Made by a program: the position numbers and the translations under genes | The notes under the pieces: generated by a model | The model's input: the letters and a program-made list of their open reading frames with translations, nothing else | Databases searched by the model: none | What the model was told of the DNA's origin: nothing | DNA from: a virus | Taxonomy: Duplodnaviria; Caudoviricetes | Strand: one strand, 5' to 3' | Length of the DNA: 64,000 bases | IMG/VR virus record: IMGVR_UViG_3300035208_004206 | Location: 8,727 to 72,726 of that record | Shown: positions 18,653 to 28,339 of the stretch, in pieces | Layout: the number at the start of each line of letters is the position of its first letter | Numbering within the stretch: the stretch's first letter is position 1

Positions 18653-19186
18653 ATGAACACTGGCGTTGCTGCTATCACTACAGAATTGAATGACATCAAC
18701 CATGTCGCGGTCAACCTCTGGTATCGTGGGTGTACTGTTGGGTGTGCTGGTTGTTGTAACCCTGAGCTTCAGGAGTTTGGGGAAGGGTTGAGCAACGAAG
18801 AGTTGGTGTCGGAACTTGAAACACGGAAACGGTGTGCAGATTGGTTGGTTCACATTGGTGGCAATCCGGTAGAACAACCTTGGGAACTCTTGCGTATTGC
18901 AAAGATCGCACATGAAATGGGATACAAGCAGTATGTGTTCACGGGGTTTGATGAGGAACGTCTGACAGAGATCTTTGCAGACAAGATGGAAGAAGCTGCA
19001 AAGTACCTGAGTTTTGTGAAGGTCGGCAAGTATGATGAACGGAGACCTCGGTCGATCTGCCCGTCCTTTCACTTTGCTTCTGTCAATCAGCGTGTTGTGA
19101 AACCAACGCTCGAAGGGTTTCTCCCCGTTTATTTCTTTGATGAAACCACAGTTACCCCGGTCGGTTCTATTTGCCCCGAACTCTAA
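18653..19186 (+). CDS. nrdG: Anaerobic ribonucleotide reductase activating protein (radical SAM)
   Basis: GCTVGCAGCCN, GGNP, FTG, KVGKY; adjacent to nrdD. Confidence 0.88.
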   Translation: MNTGVAAITTELNDINHVAVNLWYRGCTVGCAGCCNPELQEFGEGLSNEELVSELETRKRCADWLVHIGGNPVEQPWELLRIAKIAHEMGYKQYVFTGFDEERLTEIFADKMEEAAKYLSFVKVGKYDERRPRSICPSFHFASVNQRVVKPTLEGFLPVYFFDETTVTPVGSICPEL

Positions 19187-19205
19187 CTCTCAGGAGGATT
19201 CGCTT

Positions 19206-21359
19206 ATGGCCAAGAAGGTTATCAAACGCAATGGTAAAACAGTTGGATTCGATATAGAGAAGCTTTACTCAGCAGCACAGAGAGCTTGGGAAGAAGTTCA
19301 TCCAAAAGAACCTGATCTCCCTGCTGTTGTTCGTGAAAGAATCGCAACCTCGGAAAAATGGTTTCAAGAACTTGATCATGACCCGACCGTTGAAGAGATG
19401 CAGGATCAAGTCGTCGACACTTTTCATCGTTGTGGCTTTCATGATGCTGGAACAGCATTCACTCGGTATCGGGAACGTAGAGCGATAGCAAGAGACAACG
19501 AAGTTGATGCAAATGATCTGATCAATTCCTATCTCATTCGCAAGGATGATCTTGCTGTCAAAGAGAATGCCAACATGCAGTTCTCTCTTCAGGGGTTGAA
19601 CAACTTCATATCAGAATCAATCATCCAGAAACGTTGGCTCTCGTATTATTCTGATGAGGTGAGGAAGGCACACAACACCGGCAGGATCCACATTCATGAT
19701 CTCGGTTCTTTTGGACCGTACTGTATGGGATGGTCTTTGCACGATCTTCTTATTGAAGGTTTCAAAGGTGTGCCCGAGAAGATACAGTCTGCCCCGGCCA
19801 AACACTTCGGTGTTGCTCTCGGTCAAGCGGTCAACTTCCTTTATACAATGCAAGGGGAATCGGCTGGAGCTCAAGCTTTCTCAAACTTCAATACTCTCCT
19901 TGCCCCGTTCGTTGCCAACGATAAGCTGACATACAAGCAGGTGAAACAGAAGGTCCAAGAGTTTGTGTACAACATGAACGTTGCAACACGCTCTGGTTTC
20001 CAAAGTTGTTTTTCAAATTTAACCTTTGATCTTGATGTTTCAAAAACTCGGTTTGCAGACCAGTTCGCGATCATTGGTGGTGTCCCAACAGACAAGACTT
20101 ACAAGGAATTCCAGAAAGAAGCTGAAATCATCATTGATGCTTTCTTGGAAGTATATGATGAAGGAGACGCTTCCGGGGCAATGTTCTCCTTCCCCATCCC
20201 CACCTTCAATGTTGGGAAAGACTTCCCTTGGAAATCAGCTTTTGGTAAACGACTTCTTGCTCTCACTGCCAAGTATGGAACTCCGTACTTTGCCAATTAT
20301 ATCAATACAGAACAAACTGCTGACTCCATTACGTCGATGTGTTGCCGGCTTCGTCTTGATCACAAAGTCATCGAGAAAGTTGCAGCAGGAATGGGTGGTC
20401 TGTCTGCTGAAGACTATGCGACCAAACATAATCGTGGTGGAGGGTTCTTTGGTGCTGGCCCGTTGACCGGGTCGACTGGTGTTGTGACAATCAACATGGC
20501 AGCTCAAGCAGTTGATGCTCGGACAAACAGACCCTTCTGCGATATTGATGGGTACATATCTCACGTTCTGAAAACAATGGATATGTGCACGAAGACGCTT
20601 CTCAAGAAACGTCGTGTGCTTGAAGAGATGTGTGATGATGGTTTGTATCCATACATGCGGTTCTATCTCCGAGACGTCAAGGCTCGCACAGGAAGATGGT
20701 TTGCCCAACACTTCAATACTATCTGTCCTAATGCAATTCATGAGGCACTGATCGTCCTAGGGATCCAGGGAGGCATCACATCACCCGAAGGATTGGAAGC
20801 GGCAGACAGAATCCTTGGTGCAATGGCAAAGAAGATCGTTGAGCTGCAGGAAAAGCATAAAACTCTGTTCAACCTCGAGCAAGCCCCAGCTGAATCTGCC
20901 GGTGTGAAAATGTGTCAGAAGAGCGGGATAGATCCTCTGGGTAATGCGTATTACACGAATTCGTCATGGATTCCGGCAGACTTTGCTTGTGACTTTGAAT
21001 TTCAACTTCGTCATCAGGCAAGATTGAATCGTCACTACAGCGGTGGATCTGTTGTACATTTTTACACAGACGCAAATCTTGGTCCCATTGCAGACGATCT
21101 TTCGAAGCTGATTGAATATGCTTTCAAGGAAACAACTCTCCCCTATATGACGATCAGCCCAGTCTTTTCAACGTGCAAGAAGTGCGGGTATCTTCCGGGA
21201 AAAATTGACACGTGTCCAAAGTGTGGGGGAACTGACGTTATCTCTTACCTAAGAATTATTGGATATTTGCAAGCTCTTAAAAATTTCAATGCTGGTCGGA
21301 AGAAAGAAGCTAACAAACGCAAGTATGTTCAGATGTCTAGCGAAGGAGCGTCTAAATAA
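19206..21359 (+). CDS. nrdD: Class III anaerobic ribonucleoside-triphosphate reductase with ATP cone
   Basis: VIKRNG ATP cone, IHIHDL, SMCCRL, YTNS, SGGS, CKKC/CPKC, glycyl-radical RIIGY. Confidence 0.95.
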   Translation: MAKKVIKRNGKTVGFDIEKLYSAAQRAWEEVHPKEPDLPAVVRERIATSEKWFQELDHDPTVEEMQDQVVDTFHRCGFHDAGTAFTRYRERRAIARDNEVDANDLINSYLIRKDDLAVKENANMQFSLQGLNNFISESIIQKRWLSYYSDEVRKAHNTGRIHIHDLGSFGPYCMGWSLHDLLIEGFKGVPEKIQSAPAKHFGVALGQAVNFLYTMQGESAGAQAFSNFNTLLAPFVANDKLTYKQVKQKVQEFVYNMNVATRSGFQSCFSNLTFDLDVSKTRFADQFAIIGGVPTDKTYKEFQKEAEIIIDAFLEVYDEGDASGAMFSFPIPTFNVGKDFPWKSAFGKRLLALTAKYGTPYFANYINTEQTADSITSMCCRLRLDHKVIEKVAAGMGGLSAEDYATKHNRGGGFFGAGPLTGSTGVVTINMAAQAVDARTNRPFCDIDGYISHVLKTMDMCTKTLLKKRRVLEEMCDDGLYPYMRFYLRDVKARTGRWFAQHFNTICPNAIHEALIVLGIQGGITSPEGLEAADRILGAMAKKIVELQEKHKTLFNLEQAPAESAGVKMCQKSGIDPLGNAYYTNSSWIPADFACDFEFQLRHQARLNRHYSGGSVVHFYTDANLGPIADDLSKLIEYAFKETTLPYMTISPVFSTCKKCGYLPGKIDTCPKCGGTDVISYLRIIGYLQALKNFNAGRKKEANKRKYVQMSSEGASK

Positions 21360-21451
21360 GTTGGGTGAGTTATGCTTTGACCGGAAAAAGATCCTCAAAG
21401 ATGTAACTCAGAAAGAAGAGTTCGAAGACCCTACCTTCGAGGAGGAGATCG

Positions 21452-21883
21452 ATGCCCGAGAACTTGAAGAATGTAGATGTTCAGGAAGAACAAGAATCCC
21501 TATCCGAGTGGGTCGAAGATCGAGAAGGAAAGGAATGGATTTATCTTTTCAAGTGGTTTGGTGAAACAAAACTCGAAGATTTGGATAATGCATGGCTTTG
21601 TTTTGGGGCCTGTACAGATGCAATTGAAGAAGACAAGAAGCCAGTCCTTGACTTCACGGGGATAGAAGAGATTTCATACTACTGGATGTTGATCGCTGTT
21701 GCACAGTGGGCAGCAAAGTACGGTGAACGTACCAATGAGATCATCGGGGTGTTCGGTCTCAACGCGGAAAGCATCAAGAAGCTTTCAGAGCTGACCCGTG
21801 AGGTTATCGAAGACCCAGACAAGGTCCTCGCCAACATCAGATCTTCTCAGGTTTCTACCGAGCTACCTACCCCTGACGCTTAA
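21452..21883 (+). CDS. Hypothetical protein, weakly STAS-like
   Basis: GAGGAG RBS; VLDFTGIEEIS segment. Confidence 0.65.
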   Translation: MPENLKNVDVQEEQESLSEWVEDREGKEWIYLFKWFGETKLEDLDNAWLCFGACTDAIEEDKKPVLDFTGIEEISYYWMLIAVAQWAAKYGERTNEIIGVFGLNAESIKKLSELTREVIEDPDKVLANIRSSQVSTELPTPDA

Positions 21884-21979
21884 AGGTAGCAGAAAATCTA
21901 ACACCTTTAACCTACTTTTGTCATTTTAACTGATGAAGTTAAAGTAGGAAATTTATTGTAAAGCTCGGTTCTTTATTGT

Positions 21980-22006
21980 GCGAAAACCTCCTTACCATTG
22001 TAAAAT
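21980..22006 (+). promoter_or_regulatory. Putative middle-class promoter GCG-N18-TAAAAT
   Basis: Upstream of the operon containing dCMP deaminase. Confidence 0.6.
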
Positions 22007-22029
22007 ATTAAAGATGATTGGAGGTTAAG

Positions 22030-22308
22030 ATGACTTCGATTAAAGTCCGTTATGAAATGTTTCTCACGGAAGAGGGTGCGGTCAATTCCAAGTATTCACC
22101 CGATTATTCTGATATGGTGTTGGTTCTTCCGAACCAGTCATATGAGAATGTTGCTGTCATGATAATGGAAGAAAAGTTTTCTGATGTGCGAAGAAACTGG
22201 GGCGGTGAAGTGATGCGGTTCGTTGTTCTCTATGATGAACTCAAGCATCGGATCGGTGTGTATAAAGTTGTGTTCAACTGTGAAAGCGGGAAGGCAAGAA
22301 ATGAATAG
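22030..22308 (+). CDS. Hypothetical protein
   Basis: GGAGG RBS; 92 aa. Confidence 0.7.
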   Translation: MTSIKVRYEMFLTEEGAVNSKYSPDYSDMVLVLPNQSYENVAVMIMEEKFSDVRRNWGGEVMRFVVLYDELKHRIGVYKVVFNCESGKARNE

Positions 22309-22753
22309 ACCAACTCATGATCAGATCATGATGCAGGTGTGTGAAGCCGTTGCAGAACGATCAACTTGCCGCAACCGAAGTGTTGGTGCTGTGATCTGTG
22401 TTGATGACCGGATTGTGTCGACCGGATACAATGGAGCACCTAAAGGTTTTGAACACTGTATTGATATTGGTATCTGTCTTCGTAAAGATTGTGGGCATGG
22501 TGAAGGTCTTGATCTTTGTCCTGCTTCACACGCCGAACAGAATGCTATTGCAAGTGCAGCAAGGAATGGGATTGCAGTTAAAGGGGGAACTCTTTACTGT
22601 ACAACAAGACCGTGTTCTTGGTGTGCAAAGCTCATCGTATGTGCTGGCATCTCAAAAGTAATTTACCGTGATTGGTATGAATGCCCGCTCACCACCACGA
22701 TTTTCACAAGCGCGGGAGTGCTTTGTTCATCCCTTGACGATCTTATTTCCTAA
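22301..22753 (+). CDS. dCMP deaminase
   Basis: RSTC...VGAVI...GYNG, HAEQNAI, PCSWC motifs. Confidence 0.92.
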   Translation: MNRPTHDQIMMQVCEAVAERSTCRNRSVGAVICVDDRIVSTGYNGAPKGFEHCIDIGICLRKDCGHGEGLDLCPASHAEQNAIASAARNGIAVKGGTLYCTTRPCSWCAKLIVCAGISKVIYRDWYECPLTTTIFTSAGVLCSSLDDLIS

Positions 22754-22785
22754 CCCCCTGATTTCATTATCATATACTTACCCCA

Positions 22786-22820
22786 AAAATGTACTTCTAT
22801 TGGGATATGGTGTATAATAT
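22786..22820 (+). promoter_or_regulatory. Early-type promoter AAAATGTACT-N17-TATAAT
   Basis: -35 22790-22795, -10 22813-22818. Confidence 0.8.
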
Positions 22821-22841
22821 CTAGAGTGTGTGAAGGAGGAT

Positions 22842-23090
22842 ATGATGAAGGATACGATTACAAAGATGTGTATTTCGGTCCACGCCGAACAGTCTGACGT
22901 TTGTTCAGTGTACTGTGAATGTCCAACCTGTGGCAAGAGGATCGCACTTGATAAGTGTTCTGGAATTATTCAGAGTATAGAAAAGTGGAAACCTCAGGCG
23001 GGGATATTCAGAAACTTTTTATCGCTCAAGGAGTTCGCTATCAGTGGAATGTGTCAAGAGTGTCAGGACAGTGTTTTTGGGAGAGACTAA
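22842..23090 (+). CDS. Small Zn-binding hypothetical protein
   Basis: CPTC and EFAISGMCQECQD. Confidence 0.75.
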   Translation: MMKDTITKMCISVHAEQSDVCSVYCECPTCGKRIALDKCSGIIQSIEKWKPQAGIFRNFLSLKEFAISGMCQECQDSVFGRD

Positions 23091-23299
23091 TGGCCGCTTT
23101 GAAGAAAAATAAACGTTGGCCGCAGAGAGCGTGGATAAATCAGCCCTCCACTCTTCAACCTTTACACGCAAGACACGGTGAAAAGGTTTTGGTGGTTTGG
23201 GAGTATGATGACACTTTCAATGCTTTCTTGTTACAAGGTCCAACAATATCTGAACAAATGCTTGGAATATGGCTTACAGCAGGATGGAGAGACAAATGA
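23090..23299 (+). CDS. Small hypothetical protein
   Basis: WINQPSTLQPLH motif; start overlaps the upstream stop. Confidence 0.7.
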   Translation: MAALKKNKRWPQRAWINQPSTLQPLHARHGEKVLVVWEYDDTFNAFLLQGPTISEQMLGIWLTAGWRDK

Positions 23300-23613
23300 A
23301 GAACATGATACTTGACAGACCGAAACCTCAGGTTGAAAAGAGAATGCGACCAGCTGTCGCCAATGTTGTCTTTCGGTTTGCCTCGTTGACCCGAGCGGTT
23401 GAGGAAGCTATTCACAGTGGTGATGTAGGTTCTATCACCGCTCAGCTCGACTCGGCGAAGCGTGGGAGTGCGTGGGAGCGTCTTCAGAATGATGCTGACA
23501 AGATCGAAGGTCAGGGGGAAAGAGGACCGTCTGTTGTTGTCAAAGAAAAACGTGAGAAGGTGATTGCTCAGCTTGAGCAGGTGTTGGAAAATATAAAGAA
23601 TGGAGTGAAGTGA
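23296..23613 (+). CDS. Hypothetical protein
   Basis: ATGA-coupled helical ORF. Confidence 0.7.
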   Translation: MKNMILDRPKPQVEKRMRPAVANVVFRFASLTRAVEEAIHSGDVGSITAQLDSAKRGSAWERLQNDADKIEGQGERGPSVVVKEKREKVIAQLEQVLENIKNGVK

Positions 23614-23999
23614 TGAAAGCAGGTTGGTACATTGTCAAGAGTGTTGATGAGATCCTTGCGATGCCTCGGCATGATGAAACAAAAGGGTTGTCGAAGAAAA
23701 CCCTGCTCAAGATGATGACACAAGATAATGTGTATGATTCTGTGGTGGGAGCAAAGAATGGAGACTTTGTTGTTGGTATGCTTGCCACTTGTGGAAAACT
23801 GGTAGAGCTTGTTAAAGAAGGGTTTGATCGAAAATCGAAAGATTGTTGGTGGTATGATGAAGCTTGGGTTATCCCGACCACCAAAAAAGCTGCGACGGAA
23901 ATGCTGTTGCTTCGTGAGTTGTCGGATCTTATGATTAGACGGAATGAGATCGAAGAAGAACTTCGGAAGCTCAATACTAAGAAGGGAGGAAAGAAATGA
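23613..23999 (+). CDS. Hypothetical protein
   Basis: Coupled ORF with C-terminal coiled coil. Confidence 0.7.
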   Translation: MKAGWYIVKSVDEILAMPRHDETKGLSKKTLLKMMTQDNVYDSVVGAKNGDFVVGMLATCGKLVELVKEGFDRKSKDCWWYDEAWVIPTTKKAATEMLLLRELSDLMIRRNEIEEELRKLNTKKGGKK

Positions 24000-25309
24000 A
24001 CCTGTATGAACTTATTTCCTTTTGTCGCAATGAAAGCGGGAAGCTTGAGAAACGTCGAGTGCTGACTGAATACCTCAAAGGTCGCAACGGTACTGAGATC
24101 GGTCTTCTCAAACAGATACTTGATCCTCAGTGTGTTTCTGGTGTTGGTGCACAGACCTTCAAAGAAGCTCTCAAACAGTCCATCACAAACAAATTCCTCG
24201 GGTTTCAGGCCGAGAGCGTTGATGCTTGTATTCACGATCTTAAGGGAAGAACTGGTGGCGATCTCGCACGGAAACTGACCGAGTGGCTGAATGCTTTCAG
24301 TGAGGAAAATCGTGAGGTGTGTGCGATCGTGCTTCTCCAGGAACCGATAGGGTTCAGTGCTGACACGCTTGACGAATGTGCTGAAGCAGCGGGTCTCAAG
24401 AAGATCATCGACAAACAGTTTCAGGTTCAGCTTGCCAATTCCTGGTCATCCAAGAAAGAGTATAAGGGGGTCGATCACTGGATTGGTTCTCGCAAGCTTG
24501 ATGGTGTTCGGTGTTACTGGCGCAATGGAAAGCTCCTCAGCCGTCAGAACAAGCCGTTCGTCGGGTTTGATGATGTGTGTGAACGGTTGACTGACATTGC
24601 TGAACAGTTCTGTCTGGACGTGATTGATGGTGAGCTTTACAAAACTGGCATGAAGTTCGGTGAAGTCTCCTCGATTGTCAGCGACAAGAACCCGAATGAC
24701 CCGCGCAAGAAAACCCTCAACTTCAACATCTTTGCTATTCTTGGTGGCGGGTTCAAAGACACCAATGGAATGGACGGGACAATGAGCGCAATATCTGGTG
24801 ATCTTGTTGTCGGCGGTGCACGCAGAGTTGAGATCGTCGAGACCTTCAACATACCGAACGATGCGAAGAGCATTCGCGAGTTCAGTGCGAAGTGTGTTGA
24901 GGAAGGATACGAAGGAGCAATGCTTCGTCACCCTGTCACCCACTACGCTTACAAGCGGACCAATGATCTCCTGAAGGTCAAGCTCTTCATCGAAGACGAC
25001 TTCGTCATCACGGGATCATACGAGGGGAAGAATAAGAACACCGGCAAGCTTGGTGGTGTCTCTGTCAAGAATGCTAAGACAACCATTCAGACCACGACAG
25101 AAGAAACCGGGGAGTTTGCTCTCGGTGAGATCACTTGCGATGTCGGTGGTGGTTTCAGTGACAAGCTTCGCGAAGAGCTGTGGAAAGATCGGAACGCTCT
25201 GGTCGGTAAGACGATCAGTGTGAAATACTTCGAGGTGTCGCAGGACAAGAAGAAATCCGGTTTCAGTCTGCGCTTCCCCGAGTTCCTTGGCTTTAAGAAT
25301 GATCGGTAA
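23996..25309 (+). CDS. ATP-dependent DNA ligase
   Basis: KLDGVR motif I, IDGEL, FNIF, EGAMLR, LLKVK, SLRFPEF. Confidence 0.95.
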   Translation: MNLYELISFCRNESGKLEKRRVLTEYLKGRNGTEIGLLKQILDPQCVSGVGAQTFKEALKQSITNKFLGFQAESVDACIHDLKGRTGGDLARKLTEWLNAFSEENREVCAIVLLQEPIGFSADTLDECAEAAGLKKIIDKQFQVQLANSWSSKKEYKGVDHWIGSRKLDGVRCYWRNGKLLSRQNKPFVGFDDVCERLTDIAEQFCLDVIDGELYKTGMKFGEVSSIVSDKNPNDPRKKTLNFNIFAILGGGFKDTNGMDGTMSAISGDLVVGGARRVEIVETFNIPNDAKSIREFSAKCVEEGYEGAMLRHPVTHYAYKRTNDLLKVKLFIEDDFVITGSYEGKNKNTGKLGGVSVKNAKTTIQTTTEETGEFALGEITCDVGGGFSDKLREELWKDRNALVGKTISVKYFEVSQDKKKSGFSLRFPEFLGFKNDR

Positions 25310-25320
25310 GGAGGAGTGTC

Positions 25321-25539
25321 ATGAAAGATAGAGAACAGTTGATCAAAAAAAAGATGTTGTATTTCAGAATTCATCCTGAGGTAAACAGGTTCGGTCATTT
25401 TCTTGGAGAGAAAGTCGGACAGCTACTCATCAAGAAAATTATACAACAAGTAATGTCGTGTAGCTTGTTTACCTCCACACCAAGACTGAAAGTGACGGTG
25501 CGTTTCGTGGATAACGATACTTCAATAACAGTTGAATAA
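25321..25539 (+). CDS. Small hypothetical protein
   Basis: AAGGAGGAG RBS. Confidence 0.6.
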   Translation: MKDREQLIKKKMLYFRIHPEVNRFGHFLGEKVGQLLIKKIIQQVMSCSLFTSTPRLKVTVRFVDNDTSITVE

Positions 25540-25550
25540 GGAGGAGTGTC

Positions 25551-26384
25551 ATGAAAATTCATATACTTGGTGCTGGTAACTTTTCGAGTGTGAAACATCA
25601 CAACACGTCGTTTATCATCCAGCCGGATTTCGGTGGGAAGGAAAACAGTTTGATGTTTGATGTCGGGCGAGATGTTAAATTCTCACTGGCTCAGAGTCAG
25701 TTCGGATGGAAACCTTCCGACATATTCAATGCCTTCATTTCCCATCAGCACGGAGATCACCTTGCGGGTATTGATTACCTGCTGACGATGAACTACTTCA
25801 ATCCTACTGCTCCTCGGGTCAAGCTGTACTTCCACAAGTCCATGCTTGCTGCGATCACAAAGGTCATCGAGGTTTTCATGGAGACCTTCGAAGATGCTCG
25901 TCTACCAAAGGATGCGAGCGGCAGACCTCGTCGTGTTCTCTTGACTGACGTGTGTGAACCTGTGATCCTTGAGGACAATGAGGTCTTCTGGATTGGTGAG
26001 CTTGAATATTCCTTGGTGCAGTCGATGCACGTCGTGACTGGCGGAATGTTCATGCCTTGCTTTGGTCTCAAGGTTCGCCAGCCGAAGAAAGATGACAAGG
26101 AAGAAAAGATCGTCTTCTTCACGGGAGACACTCAGTTCTGTCCGTCACAGCTCCTCGGTGCCGTCATGTCGAGCACGATGACCGTGACCGATTGTGAAAC
26201 CTGTCCTGCTGCTTATAAGTCTGGTGTCCATGCTCACGTCGATGACTGGGAATCTTGGGCTGAAGCAGCGAGACAAAAGCTCATCATGACTCACTACGGT
26301 GACAATGTTGATGATGCTTTCATCAAAAAGTATGAAGGGATCTTCAAAGGGTTTGCCAAGAAAGGCGACGTCATTGAGGTGTGA
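25551..26384 (+). CDS. Metallo-beta-lactamase-fold hydrolase, Apyc1-like cyclic-nucleotide phosphodiesterase
   Basis: LGAG...N, FDVG, SHQHGDH, MHV, FTGDT, DCE...GVHA and THYGDN motifs. Confidence 0.8.
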   Translation: MKIHILGAGNFSSVKHHNTSFIIQPDFGGKENSLMFDVGRDVKFSLAQSQFGWKPSDIFNAFISHQHGDHLAGIDYLLTMNYFNPTAPRVKLYFHKSMLAAITKVIEVFMETFEDARLPKDASGRPRRVLLTDVCEPVILEDNEVFWIGELEYSLVQSMHVVTGGMFMPCFGLKVRQPKKDDKEEKIVFFTGDTQFCPSQLLGAVMSSTMTVTDCETCPAAYKSGVHAHVDDWESWAEAARQKLIMTHYGDNVDDAFIKKYEGIFKGFAKKGDVIEV

Positions 26385-26435
26385 ACAATATCTCTCAACA
26401 GTAGAATATACAGAACTTAATGTTGGAGGGTTCCA

Positions 26436-27299
26436 ATGACCATTTGTCACAAGCCGAATGATTTGTTTAAGTCCAAGCCCACAAAGAAGAAATTCCCATG
26501 TGATCACAAGAGTTGTGGCACCAATAAGTGTGATAAGAACTGTCAGCTTCTTCCCGAAAAAGATGAAAAGTATGTTATAAGAAATCTTGTGCGCCGTCAG
26601 AAATTTACTTTTGATGTATACCCCATGAAACCCGGGGAAACCCCGAATGGTTATATCTGGTCTCAGTCAGAACACAAGAAATTGATGCACGCTCTTCGAG
26701 AGCGAGTAGAAAAGGGGTTGTTCATTAAACCCGGAGTAGAATTTACAGACGGGGATTGTTCATCTTATGATGATACCGGAAACGATGCAATAGGTGTATG
26801 TGATTTTATCGAACCTACAATAGGTGGCGGTGTAAGAATTACTGCTACATTGTTCTTTGAATACCTAGATCGCTTTGGTGTCAAAGAAGATGACATTCTT
26901 AATGATCGTTATGTTCTTGGTACTGTTGTTCACGGGGAACTAAAAGAAAACTTTGTTAAACTTGACAAAGTGCAATGTCTTACATTCGGTCTTCGGTGTG
27001 GGTATGATTGCTCTATATTCAATTGTGATTACCGTGATGCTTTGGTCGGTATTGGAAAAGCCCTTGGACAGTTACAACCCACAGTCAACGAACTTCAAGA
27101 CGAGTTGTCTGACTGCCAAAAGATTTGGACAGAGCTTGACCAGAAAGAACTTCAAACAGATATTGATAAAGAAATTCAAGATGGTGAAGATCGGCTGAAA
27201 AAGATAGATACCGTTATAAAAGCCGGTAAAAAATTCTACAAGACAATCGACCGAAGTTGTTCACCGAAGGGGGTTGGGAGTAAGCAATGTCAAAGCTGA
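26436..27299 (+). CDS. Hypothetical protein with Cys-rich N-terminus and C-terminal coiled coil
   Basis: GGAGG RBS; 287 aa. Confidence 0.75.
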   Translation: MTICHKPNDLFKSKPTKKKFPCDHKSCGTNKCDKNCQLLPEKDEKYVIRNLVRRQKFTFDVYPMKPGETPNGYIWSQSEHKKLMHALRERVEKGLFIKPGVEFTDGDCSSYDDTGNDAIGVCDFIEPTIGGGVRITATLFFEYLDRFGVKEDDILNDRYVLGTVVHGELKENFVKLDKVQCLTFGLRCGYDCSIFNCDYRDALVGIGKALGQLQPTVNELQDELSDCQKIWTELDQKELQTDIDKEIQDGEDRLKKIDTVIKAGKKFYKTIDRSCSPKGVGSKQCQS

Positions 27300-28081
27300 C
27301 CGTCTTCTATCCCTGGATTGAAAAGGCAGCAAAGTGGCAAGAGCTTCGGTACTCTCTGCGATCGATCGAAAAGAACTTCAAGCAAGAGGTTGAGGTTGTC
27401 ATATGTTCTCCTGAGCCTGCAACGTTTCTCAAACCTGAAACATATCGACACCTTCCTCAGCAGAGAGTTCAACCGAACACGCCAGCTTCTCCTTCGATGT
27501 TTGACGTCGGCAGGAAGTTGCTCAGGGCGTCAATAGATCCTTTGATTTCCGATCCGTTCCTCATGGTTCATGATGACTTCTTCTTTCTCAAGAAGACAAA
27601 GATGCGGGACCTTGAGTCATACCTCACATTGGTCATGGACAGCGTGAATGCTCCGGCGGTGAACAGGGACAACCCTTTCATCGAATCTTTGTGGAGAGCG
27701 TCTCAGATCTTGTCAAACTCAAAGATGCCAACATGGAATCCTTGCCTTCACCTTCCTCGTCTAATGAACAAGAAAGCTTCTGAGATGGCAGCAAAGGTGT
27801 GTTGTGAGACTGGTGCCAACTGGGAGATGTTGTATTTCAACTATACACTTGGAAAAGGGAAGAGGGTTTCATTTTATTCAAAGACCTCAAACCTTAAGGC
27901 TGGTTTCTACGGTGCAGATAATTTATTTGGGTATCATGTAGAAGAGGGGGATACCCTCGCGTCTGTTTCACGGATAATTGAACCTCGACAGTTCCTCAGT
28001 TTTAATGATAAGGGCTTTGATCCAATTATCGCAGAGTATCTCGAAAACAAATTTCCTGAGAAATCTCGGTGGGAATCTTGA
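27287..28081 (+). CDS. Stealth-like sugar-phosphotransferase / GT-A fold protein
   Basis: ELRYSLRSIEKN and FLMVHDDFFF motifs. Confidence 0.7.
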   Translation: MSKLTVFYPWIEKAAKWQELRYSLRSIEKNFKQEVEVVICSPEPATFLKPETYRHLPQQRVQPNTPASPSMFDVGRKLLRASIDPLISDPFLMVHDDFFFLKKTKMRDLESYLTLVMDSVNAPAVNRDNPFIESLWRASQILSNSKMPTWNPCLHLPRLMNKKASEMAAKVCCETGANWEMLYFNYTLGKGKRVSFYSKTSNLKAGFYGADNLFGYHVEEGDTLASVSRIIEPRQFLSFNDKGFDPIIAEYLENKFPEKSRWES

Positions 28082-28105
28082 GAAAGGAGCGGAGGTTCTT
28101 CGACT

Positions 28106-28312
28106 TTACTTGGCAAGACATTCTGCATAGTTCACCCACTCTTTATGAATTGAATAATTTTTCCGAGCGACCTGTTCAAGGCGAGAAGCGTCGCCGAGAT
28201 CTTCGAGAGCAAGCTTGTGGAAAGAAGCAGAAGGACGAATACACTCTGACTTCTGTATGGATGCACATGAAGTCAAAAGGATCAAAAGGAAAAACACCAA
28301 AAACTTCTTCAT
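28106..28312 (-). CDS. Small lipoprotein (o-spanin-like or accessory)
   Basis: MKKFLVFFLLILLTS-C lipobox; GGAGG RBS; own TATAAATA on the minus strand. Confidence 0.75.
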   Translation of the reverse strand: MKKFLVFFLLILLTSCASIQKSECIRPSASFHKLALEDLGDASRLEQVARKNYSIHKEWVNYAECLAK

Positions 28313-28339
28313 CAATTCAACCTCCAAAACGTTCTCATG

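Noticed and set aside
21259-21564. 101-aa ORF overlapping the nrdD end and the next gene
   Set aside because: No RBS, and it overlaps two better-supported genes; the ATGCTTTGACCGG resemblance to the family leader is too weak to support.
21930-21951. Hammerhead-like CTGATGA...GAAA
   Set aside because: Stem II cannot close (A opposite G), and CTGATGA is enclosed in a local TTTAAC/GTTAAA hairpin.
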